NCBI GenBank assembly: GCA_003135555.1
Contig: PLCF01000011.1
Span: 16,634-64,330, forward strand
Reading direction: 5' to 3'
Length of the DNA stretch: 47,697 nt
Source of the DNA: Vulcanimicrobiota bacterium
GTDB lineage: Bacteria > Vulcanimicrobiota > Vulcanimicrobiia > Vulcanimicrobiales > Vulcanimicrobiaceae
Shown here one piece after another: positions 26,998 through 35,037 of this stretch. The position numbers and the translations under genes are program-made. How positions within the stretch are numbered: position 1 is the first letter of the stretch; each line of letters begins with the position of its first letter. The notes beneath the pieces are model-generated. The model saw only the letters and a list, made by a program, of their open reading frames with translations, was not told where the DNA came from and did not search any database.

Positions 26998-27279
26998 GTG
27001 AAAGCAGTTTGGAACGGAACCGTCCTGGCCGAGAGCGACCGCACCGAGGTCGTCGAGGGCAATCAATATTTCCCGCCCGACGCGGTCAAGACCGAGTACT
27101 TCAAGCCCTCGGAGACCCACTCGATCTGCCCGTGGAAGGGGACCGCGAGCTACTACACCGTCGAGGTCAACGGTCAGCGCAACGCCGACGCGGCCTGGTT
27201 CTATCCGCAGACCAAAGACGCGGCCAAGAACATCGAAGGATACGTCGCGTTCTGGAAGGGCGTCGAGGTCACGCCGTAG
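26998..27279 (+). CDS. DUF427 family protein
   Basis: KAVWNG.VLAESD, VEGN.YFP, CPWKGTASYY, AAWFYP, VAFWKGV. Confidence 0.92.
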   Translation: MKAVWNGTVLAESDRTEVVEGNQYFPPDAVKTEYFKPSETHSICPWKGTASYYTVEVNGQRNADAAWFYPQTKDAAKNIEGYVAFWKGVEVTP

Positions 27280-28400
27280 ACCGCGACACGAGCTATCTCG
27301 CGCGCGCCGTCGAGTTGGCCGCGCGCGCCGCGCGCGACGTTGCGCCGAACCCGCCGGTCGGCTGTGTCATCGTGCGCGACGGCATCACGCTGGGCGAAGG
27401 ATGGCATCGCCGCCGCGGTGAGCCGCATGCGGAGGTCGAAGCCTTGCGCGACGCGCGCGCGCGCGGCCACGACCCGCGCGGCGCTACCGCGTACGTCTCG
27501 CTCGAACCGTGCGCCCATCACGGGCTCACGCCGCCCTGTGCCGACGCGCTGATCGCAGCCGGCGTCGCGCGGGTGGCGATCGGCGCGCTCGATCCCAACC
27601 CGACAACGGCCGAAGGCGGTGTGCGGCGATTGCGCGAGGCCGGGATCGCCGTCGACGTGCTAGGCGGCGACGCCGCGAACGCGCTGATCGAGCGTTTCCG
27701 CTGGACGATCGCGCGCGATACGCCGTACGTCACCCTAAAGATGGCCGCGTCGCTTGACGGCTACGTCGCCGAGCGCCCCGGCACGCGCCAGTGGCTCACC
27801 GGCCCGGTCGCGGTAGAACGCGTCCGCGACCTGCGCAGCGAGCACGATGCCGTCATGGTCGGCGCCGGGACCGTGCGCGTCGACGATCCCCGGCTGAGCG
27901 TCCGTCCGCACGCATCGCGGCGCAAGCCCTATGCGCGCGTCGTCATGTGCGAGACCGAGCCGATCCTACCCGCGAGCCGCGTCCTCGCGCCGCCGCCGGA
28001 CGCGCCGCAGGATGCCTACCGCCCGACGATCGTTCTGGCCCCGGCCGGGGCGCGCACACGCTTTGCGCCGCTGGAGCCGCTGGCCGACGTGGTCTACATC
28101 GGCGCGGCCGATGCGACGCAGCTCGACCTCGCCGAAGCGCTGCGGAGCTTGCGGGGGCGGGAGATCGCGACCGTGTTGTGCGAGGGCGGTCCGACGCTCG
28201 CCGCGCGGCTGCTCGCTGCCGGGTTGGTCCAGCGGATCGTCTGGCTGGTCGCTCCACGCCTGCTGCGCGGCGACACCGCGGTGCCGGTGCTCTCCGGGGC
28301 CGCGGTCGCGGGCCTGGACGGGTGGCGGTTCGACCGCATCGAACGCGTCGGCGACGATATGCTGCTCTCTGCGGATCTCACCACGTGTTCTCCGGGCTGA
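27276..28400 (+). CDS. ribD: Bifunctional riboflavin deaminase/reductase RibD (start codon uncertain)
   Basis: PNPPVGC, HAEVEAL, SLEPC.H.G.TPPC, LKMAASLDG, EGGPTL. Confidence 0.93.
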   Translation, partial: VDRDTSYLARAVELAARAARDVAPNPPVGCVIVRDGITLGEGWHRRRGEPHAEVEALRDARARGHDPRGATAYVSLEPCAHHGLTPPCADALIAAGVARVAIGALDPNPTTAEGGVRRLREAGIAVDVLGGDAANALIERFRWTIARDTPYVTLKMAASLDGYVAERPGTRQWLTGPVAVERVRDLRSEHDAVMVGAGTVRVDDPRLSVRPHASRRKPYARVVMCETEPILPASRVLAPPPDAPQDAYRPTIVLAPAGARTRFAPLEPLADVVYIGAADATQLDLAEALRSLRGREIATVLCEGGPTLAARLLAAGLVQRIVWLVAPRLLRGDTAVPVLSGAAVAGLDGWRFDRIERVGDDMLLSADLTTCSPG

Positions 28401-29038
28401 TCGTTGACGCCGGCCGGGTTGCTTCGGTCGAAGGCGACCGCGTTCGCGGGCTCACGCTCGTCGTCGAAGCGCCCGAAGCGATCGCTCGCGGCGTCGCGGT
28501 GGGCGATTCGGTCGCGGTCAACGGCGCCTGCTTGACCGTGACGGCGTTCGACGCGCGCACGTTGCGCTTCGACGTTGTCCCCGAGACCGTCGCGCGCACC
28601 GGCTTCGACGCCTTGCGTGCGGGCGACCGGCTCAACGTCGAACTCTCGATGCGGCTGGGCGACCGGCTGGGCGGGCATCTCGTGTATGGGCACGTCGACG
28701 ACTCTGCCTCGATCCTGGCCAAGGGTCCCGAAGGTCAGGGTTTCCGGCTGCACGTCGTGCTCCCGGACGCGCTGGCGCCGTTCATCGTCGAAAAAGGCTA
28801 CGTTGCCGTCGACGGCGTCAGCCTGACCGTCGCCTCGTGCGATCGCGAGCGGTTCACGATCGCGCTCATCCCCGAGACCGCGTCGCGCACGACGCTGGGC
28901 ACCAAGGGGCCGGGCGACCGCGTCAACCTCGAAGTCGATCCGGTGGCGCGCTACGCGCACGGTGCGATGGCGGCGTACGCGCAGCACCGCAACGAAGCGC
29001 CGACCGCCGACGAAGTCGCCTGGGCGTACGAGATCTAA
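28385..29038 (+). CDS. ribE: Riboflavin synthase alpha chain
   Basis: (M)FSGLI, GDSVAVNGACLTV, GGHLV.GHVD, DGVSLTV, VNLEVD. Confidence 0.95.
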   Translation: MFSGLIVDAGRVASVEGDRVRGLTLVVEAPEAIARGVAVGDSVAVNGACLTVTAFDARTLRFDVVPETVARTGFDALRAGDRLNVELSMRLGDRLGGHLVYGHVDDSASILAKGPEGQGFRLHVVLPDALAPFIVEKGYVAVDGVSLTVASCDRERFTIALIPETASRTTLGTKGPGDRVNLEVDPVARYAHGAMAAYAQHRNEAPTADEVAWAYEI

Positions 29039-29039
29039 C

Positions 29040-29465
29040 GTGGCGGACGCTGTAGCCGCGCCGCTGCGCGTCGGCCCCGCGGTGCGCGAGCGCGTGCGCT
29101 GGCGCGATGTCGACGTCATGGGCGTGGTGCACTACGGCAACTACTTGCGCTTCATGGAAGCCGCGGAGAGCGAGTTCTTTCGCGCGCTGGGATTTCCGTA
29201 TCCGGTTCTCTCGGAGCAGTACGGCGTATGGATCGCAAGAGTGCGGCTCGAGTGCGACTACCGGGCTGCGGCGCGGATGGACGACGAGATCACCTGCAGC
29301 GCGCAGCTGCGCGCGCTCGGCGGTTCGTCGATGACGTTCGCCTTCCCGATCGATCGCATCGACGGAACGCGCCTGGTCGATGGCGTGCTCGTTCTGGCCG
29401 CCCTCGACCGCACGACCCTGCGCGCGACCCGCCTTCCCGACGCACTACGCGCAGCGCTGAGCTGA
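29040..29465 (+). CDS. Acyl-CoA thioesterase (4HBT/YbgC family)
   Basis: RVRWRDVDVMGVVHYGNYLRFME motif. Confidence 0.9.
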   Translation: MADAVAAPLRVGPAVRERVRWRDVDVMGVVHYGNYLRFMEAAESEFFRALGFPYPVLSEQYGVWIARVRLECDYRAAARMDDEITCSAQLRALGGSSMTFAFPIDRIDGTRLVDGVLVLAALDRTTLRATRLPDALRAALS

Positions 29466-29541
29466 CCGGCTGGACTAAGAGGTTGTCCTGATTTCCTAGA
29501 GAAGCAAGCACCTTTCACGGGCGTTTTGGGGAGTGGGCGAG

Positions 29542-31314
29542 ATGGCTGATCAGCAGTACGACGTTTTGGTTATTGGTGCTAGCACGGGTGGGGTCGCTGC
29601 GGCGCTGCGCGCGTCGGCGATGGGCGCGAGCGTGTGTCTCATCGATCCTACGGATTGGGTTGGCGGCCAGTTCACGTCGCAAGGCGTGTCCAAGCCCGAC
29701 GAAAACAAGTACATCGAGAACGTCGGCAGCACCGCCTCGTATCGAGAGTTCAAGCACTTGGTTCGGGCGTGGTACCGCAACAACGCGCACCTCTCGTCGG
29801 TCGGCGCGAGCCAGCCGACGCTCAATCCGGGTGGTCCTTACGACGCCGCTCAGCCACAGTTCGCCGTCGAACCGAAGCTGGGTGACACCATCCTCAAGCA
29901 GATGATCCAAGGTGCGCCGAGCCTGCATTGGCGCCCGAACACCGAGGTGATGCAGTTCGAGCTGCCCGGCGACGAGATCGCCGCGGTGAACACGCGCGCG
30001 TCCGACGGCAGCGAGACGCGTTACGTGGCAAAGTACGTGCTCGATGCGACCGATCTGGGCGACTGTCTGCCTCGCGTCTTGCGCGACGGCGAGTGGGTCG
30101 TCGGCGCGGAGGGTCAGGACGGCAGTGGAGAAGCGGGCAGGCCGCAGAACGCCAATCCAAAGTGGAACCAGCCGATCATCGTCGTGTGCGCGATCGAATA
30201 CCGACCCGACAACCCCAACGGCACCATAGCGAAGCCTCCCAACTACGAGCGTCACCGCGACGAGCAGAAATATTCTATAGTCGACGGCCCCTCCCTCAAG
30301 ACGATGTTCCATGGCGAGATGACGATGTTCAATTATCGTCAGTACTTGGACTCGCGGAATTTCAACGACGCCTCGTACCGTTACGATCGGACAACCTTGA
30401 ACGCCCACGCCAATGACTACGGCATCAAGAGTATTCCGACCGGCGATCCTGCAGAGGATGCGCGCATCATCCAGGAAGCGCGGGATGCGTCGATCGGCTT
30501 TCTTTATTGGCTTCAAACCGAGTGTCCGAGAGATCCCCAAGACGGTCCGGGTAACGGCTATCCCGAGTTGTGGCCCGCGACAACGGCCTTCGGTACCTCG
30601 GACGGCATGGCGCCTGTAGCCTACATCCGTGAATCGCGCCGCATCAAGGCACTCAAGACGATCCTGCGCGGCGAAGTCGAGAAGAGCGGCGCCAACCCGG
30701 GACCACGCGCGCAGCTGTACGACGACTCGTGCGGTATCGGCACCTATGCCATGATGGACGTTCATGAGCTGCCCGGCCAGGGGATGGCCGGCGCGTGGAT
30801 TCCGATTTGGCCGGCGCAGATTCCGATGCGCGCCTTGATTCCCCAGCGGGTGACGAATCTGCTTGCCGCCTGCAAGAACCTCGGCACGACGCACTTCACG
30901 AACGGACTCTATCGCCTACATCCGTTCGAGTGGAACATCGGCGAGTCGGCGGGCGCGCTAGCGGCGTTCTGCGTTACGCAGAACACGACGCCGCATGCGG
31001 TCGCGGCCTCGGCGCACCTCATCCGCGGCTATCAACGCGCCCTCCTCGGACAAGGCATACCGCTCTACTGGTGGACGGACGTCATGCCCGGCGATCCGCT
31101 TTGGGAGGCCGTGCAGATGGTCGGCGCGACGCAAGTAATCGAGGGCGACGACGATCAAATGCGCTTCAACCCGAACGACCCCGTGACCGACGGCGTGCGG
31201 ACCGCGATTCAGCAGAAGACCGGCACAGCCGTACCGGCCGGAATCGACTCACGCGGTCATCTTGCCGCCTGGATTTTCGCGCAAGGGCTGCACCTTACGA
31301 CCGCAACGGGCTAG
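29542..31314 (+). CDS. FAD-dependent oxidoreductase (xanthan-lyase-associated/FAD_oxidored type)
   Basis: DVLVIGASTGGVAAA, WVGGQFTSQGVS, DATDLGD, YIRESRRI, KNLG.TH..NG.YRLHP.EW.IGE. Confidence 0.85.
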   Translation: MADQQYDVLVIGASTGGVAAALRASAMGASVCLIDPTDWVGGQFTSQGVSKPDENKYIENVGSTASYREFKHLVRAWYRNNAHLSSVGASQPTLNPGGPYDAAQPQFAVEPKLGDTILKQMIQGAPSLHWRPNTEVMQFELPGDEIAAVNTRASDGSETRYVAKYVLDATDLGDCLPRVLRDGEWVVGAEGQDGSGEAGRPQNANPKWNQPIIVVCAIEYRPDNPNGTIAKPPNYERHRDEQKYSIVDGPSLKTMFHGEMTMFNYRQYLDSRNFNDASYRYDRTTLNAHANDYGIKSIPTGDPAEDARIIQEARDASIGFLYWLQTECPRDPQDGPGNGYPELWPATTAFGTSDGMAPVAYIRESRRIKALKTILRGEVEKSGANPGPRAQLYDDSCGIGTYAMMDVHELPGQGMAGAWIPIWPAQIPMRALIPQRVTNLLAACKNLGTTHFTNGLYRLHPFEWNIGESAGALAAFCVTQNTTPHAVAASAHLIRGYQRALLGQGIPLYWWTDVMPGDPLWEAVQMVGATQVIEGDDDQMRFNPNDPVTDGVRTAIQQKTGTAVPAGIDSRGHLAAWIFAQGLHLTTATG

Positions 31315-31859
31315 GTCTCGTCGGAGGCGAGGATCCCGTAGATCTCCTTGCGCGCCTTGTCGAGGATCTCGCGCACGCGGTCGAGGGTCTTCTCGTCGCT
31401 GTCGCGTGCGCTCAGCACGGCCGCGCCAAGCTTTATCGCGGAATCCTTGAGCCGGTAGCCTGCTCCGCGGTCCTCGTCGACGTCGTCGGACGTTTCCGTG
31501 CGGTCTGCAAGTAGCTTGCGGCCGCTGTCGGTGATCGTGTAGGTCCGCTTGCCGTCGACCTCAGCAGAAGTGACGAAGCCGCCGTCCTCGAGCATCTGCA
31601 GCGTCGGGTAGATCGAGCCCGCGCTCGGGCGGATGTTGCGCCGCTCCTCGATCGCGGTGATGATCTCGTAACCGTGCTTCGGGCCGTCGACCAGCACTTC
31701 GAGCACGACGAACTTGACCTCGCCACGCCGCATCGGCTGGATCCAGCCGGCTCGCCAGCCGCCCCAATCCTTGTTGTAGCCGAGCCCCCAGACGCCCCGG
31801 AAGCCCCTTCCGTGACCATGACCGTGCCGGAACCAAGCCCGGGCCATTTCATGCATCAT
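31311..31859 (-). CDS. PadR family transcriptional regulator
   Basis: RRGEVK..VL..L...PKHGYEII, PSAGSIYPTLQMLED.G, KRTYTIT. Confidence 0.93.
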   Translation of the reverse strand: MMHEMARAWFRHGHGHGRGFRGVWGLGYNKDWGGWRAGWIQPMRRGEVKFVVLEVLVDGPKHGYEIITAIEERRNIRPSAGSIYPTLQMLEDGGFVTSAEVDGKRTYTITDSGRKLLADRTETSDDVDEDRGAGYRLKDSAIKLGAAVLSARDSDEKTLDRVREILDKARKEIYGILASDET

Positions 31860-31860
31860 G

Positions 31861-31894
31861 TCGCGATACTAAAAGATATATCGCGACCTGTCAA
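31861..31894 (-). promoter_or_regulatory. padR promoter (probably leaderless) with overlapping inverted-repeat operator
   Basis: TTGACA-17bp-TAGTAT ends 6 bp before the ATG; TCGCGATA-N10-TATCGCGA at 31861-31886. Confidence 0.7.
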
Positions 31895-32012
31895 CGGCCT
31901 GCGGCTCCCGCGTCCGGCCTCAGTCCTGATGTCACCCTGACGGAGTCACGTGCGCGTGAGCCCCGTCGAAGGGTGGGCCACCGTGCTACTGTGCCGCCGC
32001 GGGGTCGATGCT

Positions 32013-32411
32013 CTACTGAAGATGCATGATGTCGCCCCAAACGGAGATCGTTTGGCGATTGATCCACACGATGTTGTAGCGAACGTGTCCGGGCTCGAGC
32101 GGCATCGGATACGTGATCGTCAGAATTCCGCCGCGACTCGTGGAATTCCACGTGCAGCTCCCTTGTACTTGGACCCGCCCACGAACCAGAAATGCGCACC
32201 GTCCATTGGCGTAGACGTAGAGGTCTTCACCGCGGGGCGAGGTCGCCCAGTGCCCGAGCGGCGGCGCTGACTGCGCTTGCGCCGGGGACGCAGCGATTGC
32301 CAACACGAGGGCGACGACGACGGCGCACACCGTCGACCTTACCGCTACTCGGAAGGCACCTGGTGCTCGACGGCCGCCCACCGTGTCGTTCATCGCCATT
32401 TCAACCCCCAC
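32013..32411 (-). CDS. Hypothetical secreted protein
   Basis: Signal-peptide-like hydrophobic stretch ending AQA, followed by a beta-rich domain. Confidence 0.6.
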   Translation of the reverse strand: MGVEMAMNDTVGGRRAPGAFRVAVRSTVCAVVVALVLAIAASPAQAQSAPPLGHWATSPRGEDLYVYANGRCAFLVRGRVQVQGSCTWNSTSRGGILTITYPMPLEPGHVRYNIVWINRQTISVWGDIMHLQ

Positions 32412-32563
32412 GCTTCGCTCGGCTTCACGACGCTCTCGGTCGTCCGCCGGGTCTCGGGCTTAGACCAAACAGGGACTTTGCCTGTCCCGCACATGCGCGG
32501 TTGCGCCGGCGCGGCGGCCGGCTGCAGGCGCTGCAGTGCTGCCGGATCTCCGGGCTGAGAGGA

Positions 32564-32595
32564 CAATGAGTCAAGTAATTCATCTTGACAACTGA
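32564..32595 (+). repeat. 32-bp direct repeat copy 1 (30/32 identical to 34979-35010), containing palindrome GTCAAG-N8-CTTGAC
   Basis: caatgagtcaagtaattcatcttgacaactga. Confidence 0.9.
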
Positions 32596-32656
32596 CATGG
32601 CGATATACTTGGCTCAGTGGAGGGGTCTGACCCTTGCTGAGGCAAGCGTATCGGGC

Positions 32657-33475
32657 ATGGGGTTCCCGGCACCGGAGGATTTTCGGAACAGCGATTGGAC
32701 GCTCGTGTTCCTAGCCTTCTGGGCGCCGGTCGGCTTCATCTTTGCTGATATGGCGACGCTTCAGGGGAAGATGTTCTACGTCGCGCCGCTAGTGCTGCTC
32801 GCCCTTCTGGCCATTGTTTTCTTGGTTTTCGACCGAAAAAACGAACGTGAGCGACACGAGGCACAGTTAAAGGCTGCGAAGGACGACGCAAGGGACCGTC
32901 GAGCCGATGCGACCGACTTACGTGCGAGGCTGGACCGCAGCGAGGCGATGCAGGTTCGAATGCACGCTCATTTGGAACGGCTCGCCGCCGCCGAGGAAAT
33001 GAGGGCTACCGGGGGTGTGGGGCTTGACGCTGACACGACGCTGGCTAAAGTTCAAGCACTACTGCTCGCGGAAGAGATTTATGGCTTGATCGCGCAGTAT
33101 TACGAAGACGAGCACCTTGGCATTACGAGCGAAGAAGAGTTGCTAAGCGATTTCGAAATGTTGTACGGCTATAGCGTAATGAAGACGCGCGGAGAATTGT
33201 CAGACCGGGGGAAGACGGACGCACTTTTGGATCGGTTCGCTCATAAGCAAGTTGACGCAGCGTCGATAGAAACAACTGCACAGGCCATTCAGCGCCTTGC
33301 GGAGCAGTTGCCTGAAAGCGACACGTTCCCTACAGGAGTTGCACAAAACGACGGTAGCACGGCGCTGGCCCGATATAAGGAATACACCGACATGATTCTC
33401 GAAGCGGCTAGGGTCGCCGCGGGCATAGCCGCAACGCGCACGGTGTTTTTACCGAAACCGAGGGAGCGACCATAA
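32657..33475 (+). CDS. Passenger gene: hypothetical membrane protein (2 TM + coiled coil)
   Basis: Two hydrophobic N-terminal segments followed by a charged helical region; ATG at 32657 lies inside the IS. Confidence 0.6.
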   Translation: MGFPAPEDFRNSDWTLVFLAFWAPVGFIFADMATLQGKMFYVAPLVLLALLAIVFLVFDRKNERERHEAQLKAAKDDARDRRADATDLRARLDRSEAMQVRMHAHLERLAAAEEMRATGGVGLDADTTLAKVQALLLAEEIYGLIAQYYEDEHLGITSEEELLSDFEMLYGYSVMKTRGELSDRGKTDALLDRFAHKQVDAASIETTAQAIQRLAEQLPESDTFPTGVAQNDGSTALARYKEYTDMILEAARVAAGIAATRTVFLPKPRERP

Positions 33476-33654
33476 GCAAAGAAGACGGTTCCACGCCGCT
33501 GGAGCGATTCAAAGCATTCGTCTCGGAAATCCTAACCGTGACGAAAGACGATATTCGCACGGCTGAGGACGAGGCGAAAGAGATCGCGCGGGACGCGCTT
33601 GGCCCGCCACCCGCGGGGGCGCCGGCAACCGAGGGCGAGGAACCTACCGCGTAG
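33472..33654 (+). CDS. Small IS1595-associated protein (~60 aa, ATA start; not in ORF track)
   Basis: GAGGGAG RBS, then ISKEDGSTPLERFKAFVSEILTVTKDDIRTAEDEAKE; resembles the 'ERF...IL.V.K.EI' small ORFs remembered beside IS1595 transposases. Confidence 0.5.
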   Translation: MSKEDGSTPLERFKAFVSEILTVTKDDIRTAEDEAKEIARDALGPPPAGAPATEGEEPTA

Positions 33655-33662
33655 TGGAACGA

Positions 33663-33887
33663 CTAGCGTGGGGCAGGAGTGGGGGTATTCCACTGAATCG
33701 GACCGCCCGCGCTTACCGTGCTACTTGGGTTCGGTTCACGCTCTTCAACCCGGGTTGCATCTTGCGTGAGGCGGTCAATGCGCCAGACGATCCCGCCTGC
33801 CGACACGTATTGATAACGGAAAAACAATTGAAAGACGACCAGCAGGCCGATCACAATAAATATCCCGCGGAGCCAATGGAGCCTCAT
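33663..33887 (-). CDS. Passenger gene: small membrane-anchored hypothetical protein
   Basis: One TM helix, then FRYQY..AGG.VWRIDRLT; starts 6 bp after the transposase stop. Confidence 0.6.
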   Translation of the reverse strand: MRLHWLRGIFIVIGLLVVFQLFFRYQYVSAGGIVWRIDRLTQDATRVEEREPNPSSTVSAGGPIQWNTPTPAPR

Positions 33888-33893
33888 GGCGCG

Positions 33894-34946
33894 TTACGCG
33901 GTGTAGTCCGGCGGCCCGCTCGGCGGGGGCGCCTTGCGTCGTGCAACGCGACCGGGGCGAAGCCGCCAAAGTTTGTGCGTCTTGGTGAGGTCTGCATACG
34001 TCACGCGACGACCCTCGATCCCCTTAAGCGCCTCGTCCAACCGGGCTCCGTCGGGCAGCTCGCGGTTGTTGAACCGGAACACGCTTTCGTCCAGGTAGGC
34101 GTTGAGGTGAAAGGCTCGGGGAGCGATATACGTGCCGTGCAAAGTCCGCTTCACGCAAGACCAAAAGTTCTCAATCGTGTTCGTGTGAACGCGGCCTTCG
34201 ACGTAGCGGAGCGAATGGTCGATAAAGGCGTGAACGTAGTCGGGACTCAGTCCCCGGTACGAGCGCAGGGCGTCGGTATAGATCATCGAGCCGGGGAGCA
34301 CGTTGCGGTAGATGACCGGCATGAGCGAGGACGCCTTGTGATTGGGGACGACCAGCGCACGAACGCGCTGGCGCTTGCCGGGAGCCTTGCGCTCGACCAT
34401 CCCGAATACCGTCGCCTTGCCCGTCGCGGGACCGTGGGTAGACTTCAGGAAACCGAGCGATGTGCGAAACGTGTTGCCGAAGCCACGCTGCTTGCCTCCC
34501 ACGAACGTCTCGTCCATTTCGACCTCGCCAAAGAGCGGGCGCAGGTTGCGCTCCCGCATGGCGAGGCGGATGCGGTGCAGCATGAACCAGGCCGTCTTTT
34601 GGGTCACCCCGATCGCGCGGCCAAGCTCATGCGACGAGACGCCGTTGCGGTCGCCCGCGAGCATCCACATGGCGGGAAGCCACTTGTCCAGGCCGATGGG
34701 GCTGTCCTCAAAGATCGTCCCGACCTTCACGCTGGACTGCTTCTTGCAGTCCTTACACTGCCACATACGACGGGTCTGGATATAGCCGACCGCCGCCGAT
34801 CCGCACCCTTGGCGCGGGCAGGCAACGCCGTTCGGGAACCGCTGGGCGACCACGAACGCGTGGGCGCGATCCTGGTCCGAGAAGTAGACGATGGCCTCGC
34901 TCAGCGTCGTCGGGCTCGTCTGTTTGTGCGGCTTAGCGGCTGGCAT
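33894..34946 (-). CDS. IS1595 family (ISXO2-like) DDE transposase
   Basis: CP..GC...WQCKDCKKQ.SVKVGTIFEDS, KTAWFMLHRIR, VEMDETFVGG, IYTD, HTNTIENFWS..KR. Confidence 0.97.
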   Translation of the reverse strand: MPAAKPHKQTSPTTLSEAIVYFSDQDRAHAFVVAQRFPNGVACPRQGCGSAAVGYIQTRRMWQCKDCKKQSSVKVGTIFEDSPIGLDKWLPAMWMLAGDRNGVSSHELGRAIGVTQKTAWFMLHRIRLAMRERNLRPLFGEVEMDETFVGGKQRGFGNTFRTSLGFLKSTHGPATGKATVFGMVERKAPGKRQRVRALVVPNHKASSLMPVIYRNVLPGSMIYTDALRSYRGLSPDYVHAFIDHSLRYVEGRVHTNTIENFWSCVKRTLHGTYIAPRAFHLNAYLDESVFRFNNRELPDGARLDEALKGIEGRRVTYADLTKTHKLWRLRPGRVARRKAPPPSGPPDYTA

Positions 34947-34952
34947 ACTCCT

Positions 34953-34981
34953 AGTCTACCGGAGCAACCCATGAAAGTCAA
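34953..34981 (-). promoter_or_regulatory. Transposase promoter partly inside the IS end
   Basis: Minus strand TTGACT-17bp-TAGACT, then AGGAGT and ATG 34946. Confidence 0.6.
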
Positions 34982-35010
34982 TGAGTCAAGTATATCATCT
35001 TGACAACTGA
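34979..35010 (+). repeat. 32-bp direct repeat copy 2 with palindrome GTCAAG-N8-CTTGAC (candidate operator/-35 of ribBA)
   Basis: caatgagtcaagtatatcatcttgacaactga; TTGACA at 35000-35005, 33 bp before the ribBA ATG. Confidence 0.9.
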
Positions 35011-35037
35011 AAAGCCGCTGAGCGAGTCTTAGGTAAT

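Larger units (their letters stand above)
32599..34999 (-). mobile_element. IS1595-family transposon with passenger genes
   Basis: Imperfect 22-bp terminal inverted repeats, ggcgatatacttggctcagtgg (32599-32620) versus revcomp gatgatatacttgactcattga (34978-34999), 17/22 identical; encloses an ISXO2-type transposase. Confidence 0.85.

Noticed and set aside
26990..27280. FMN riboswitch upstream of ribD
   Set aside because: The region is fully coding (DUF427) and shows no RFN motifs.
32564..35010. CRISPR repeats or a dif site
   Set aside because: Only two repeat copies, 2.4 kb apart; the sequence does not match the dif consensus. No CRISPR array or cas gene was seen anywhere in the window.
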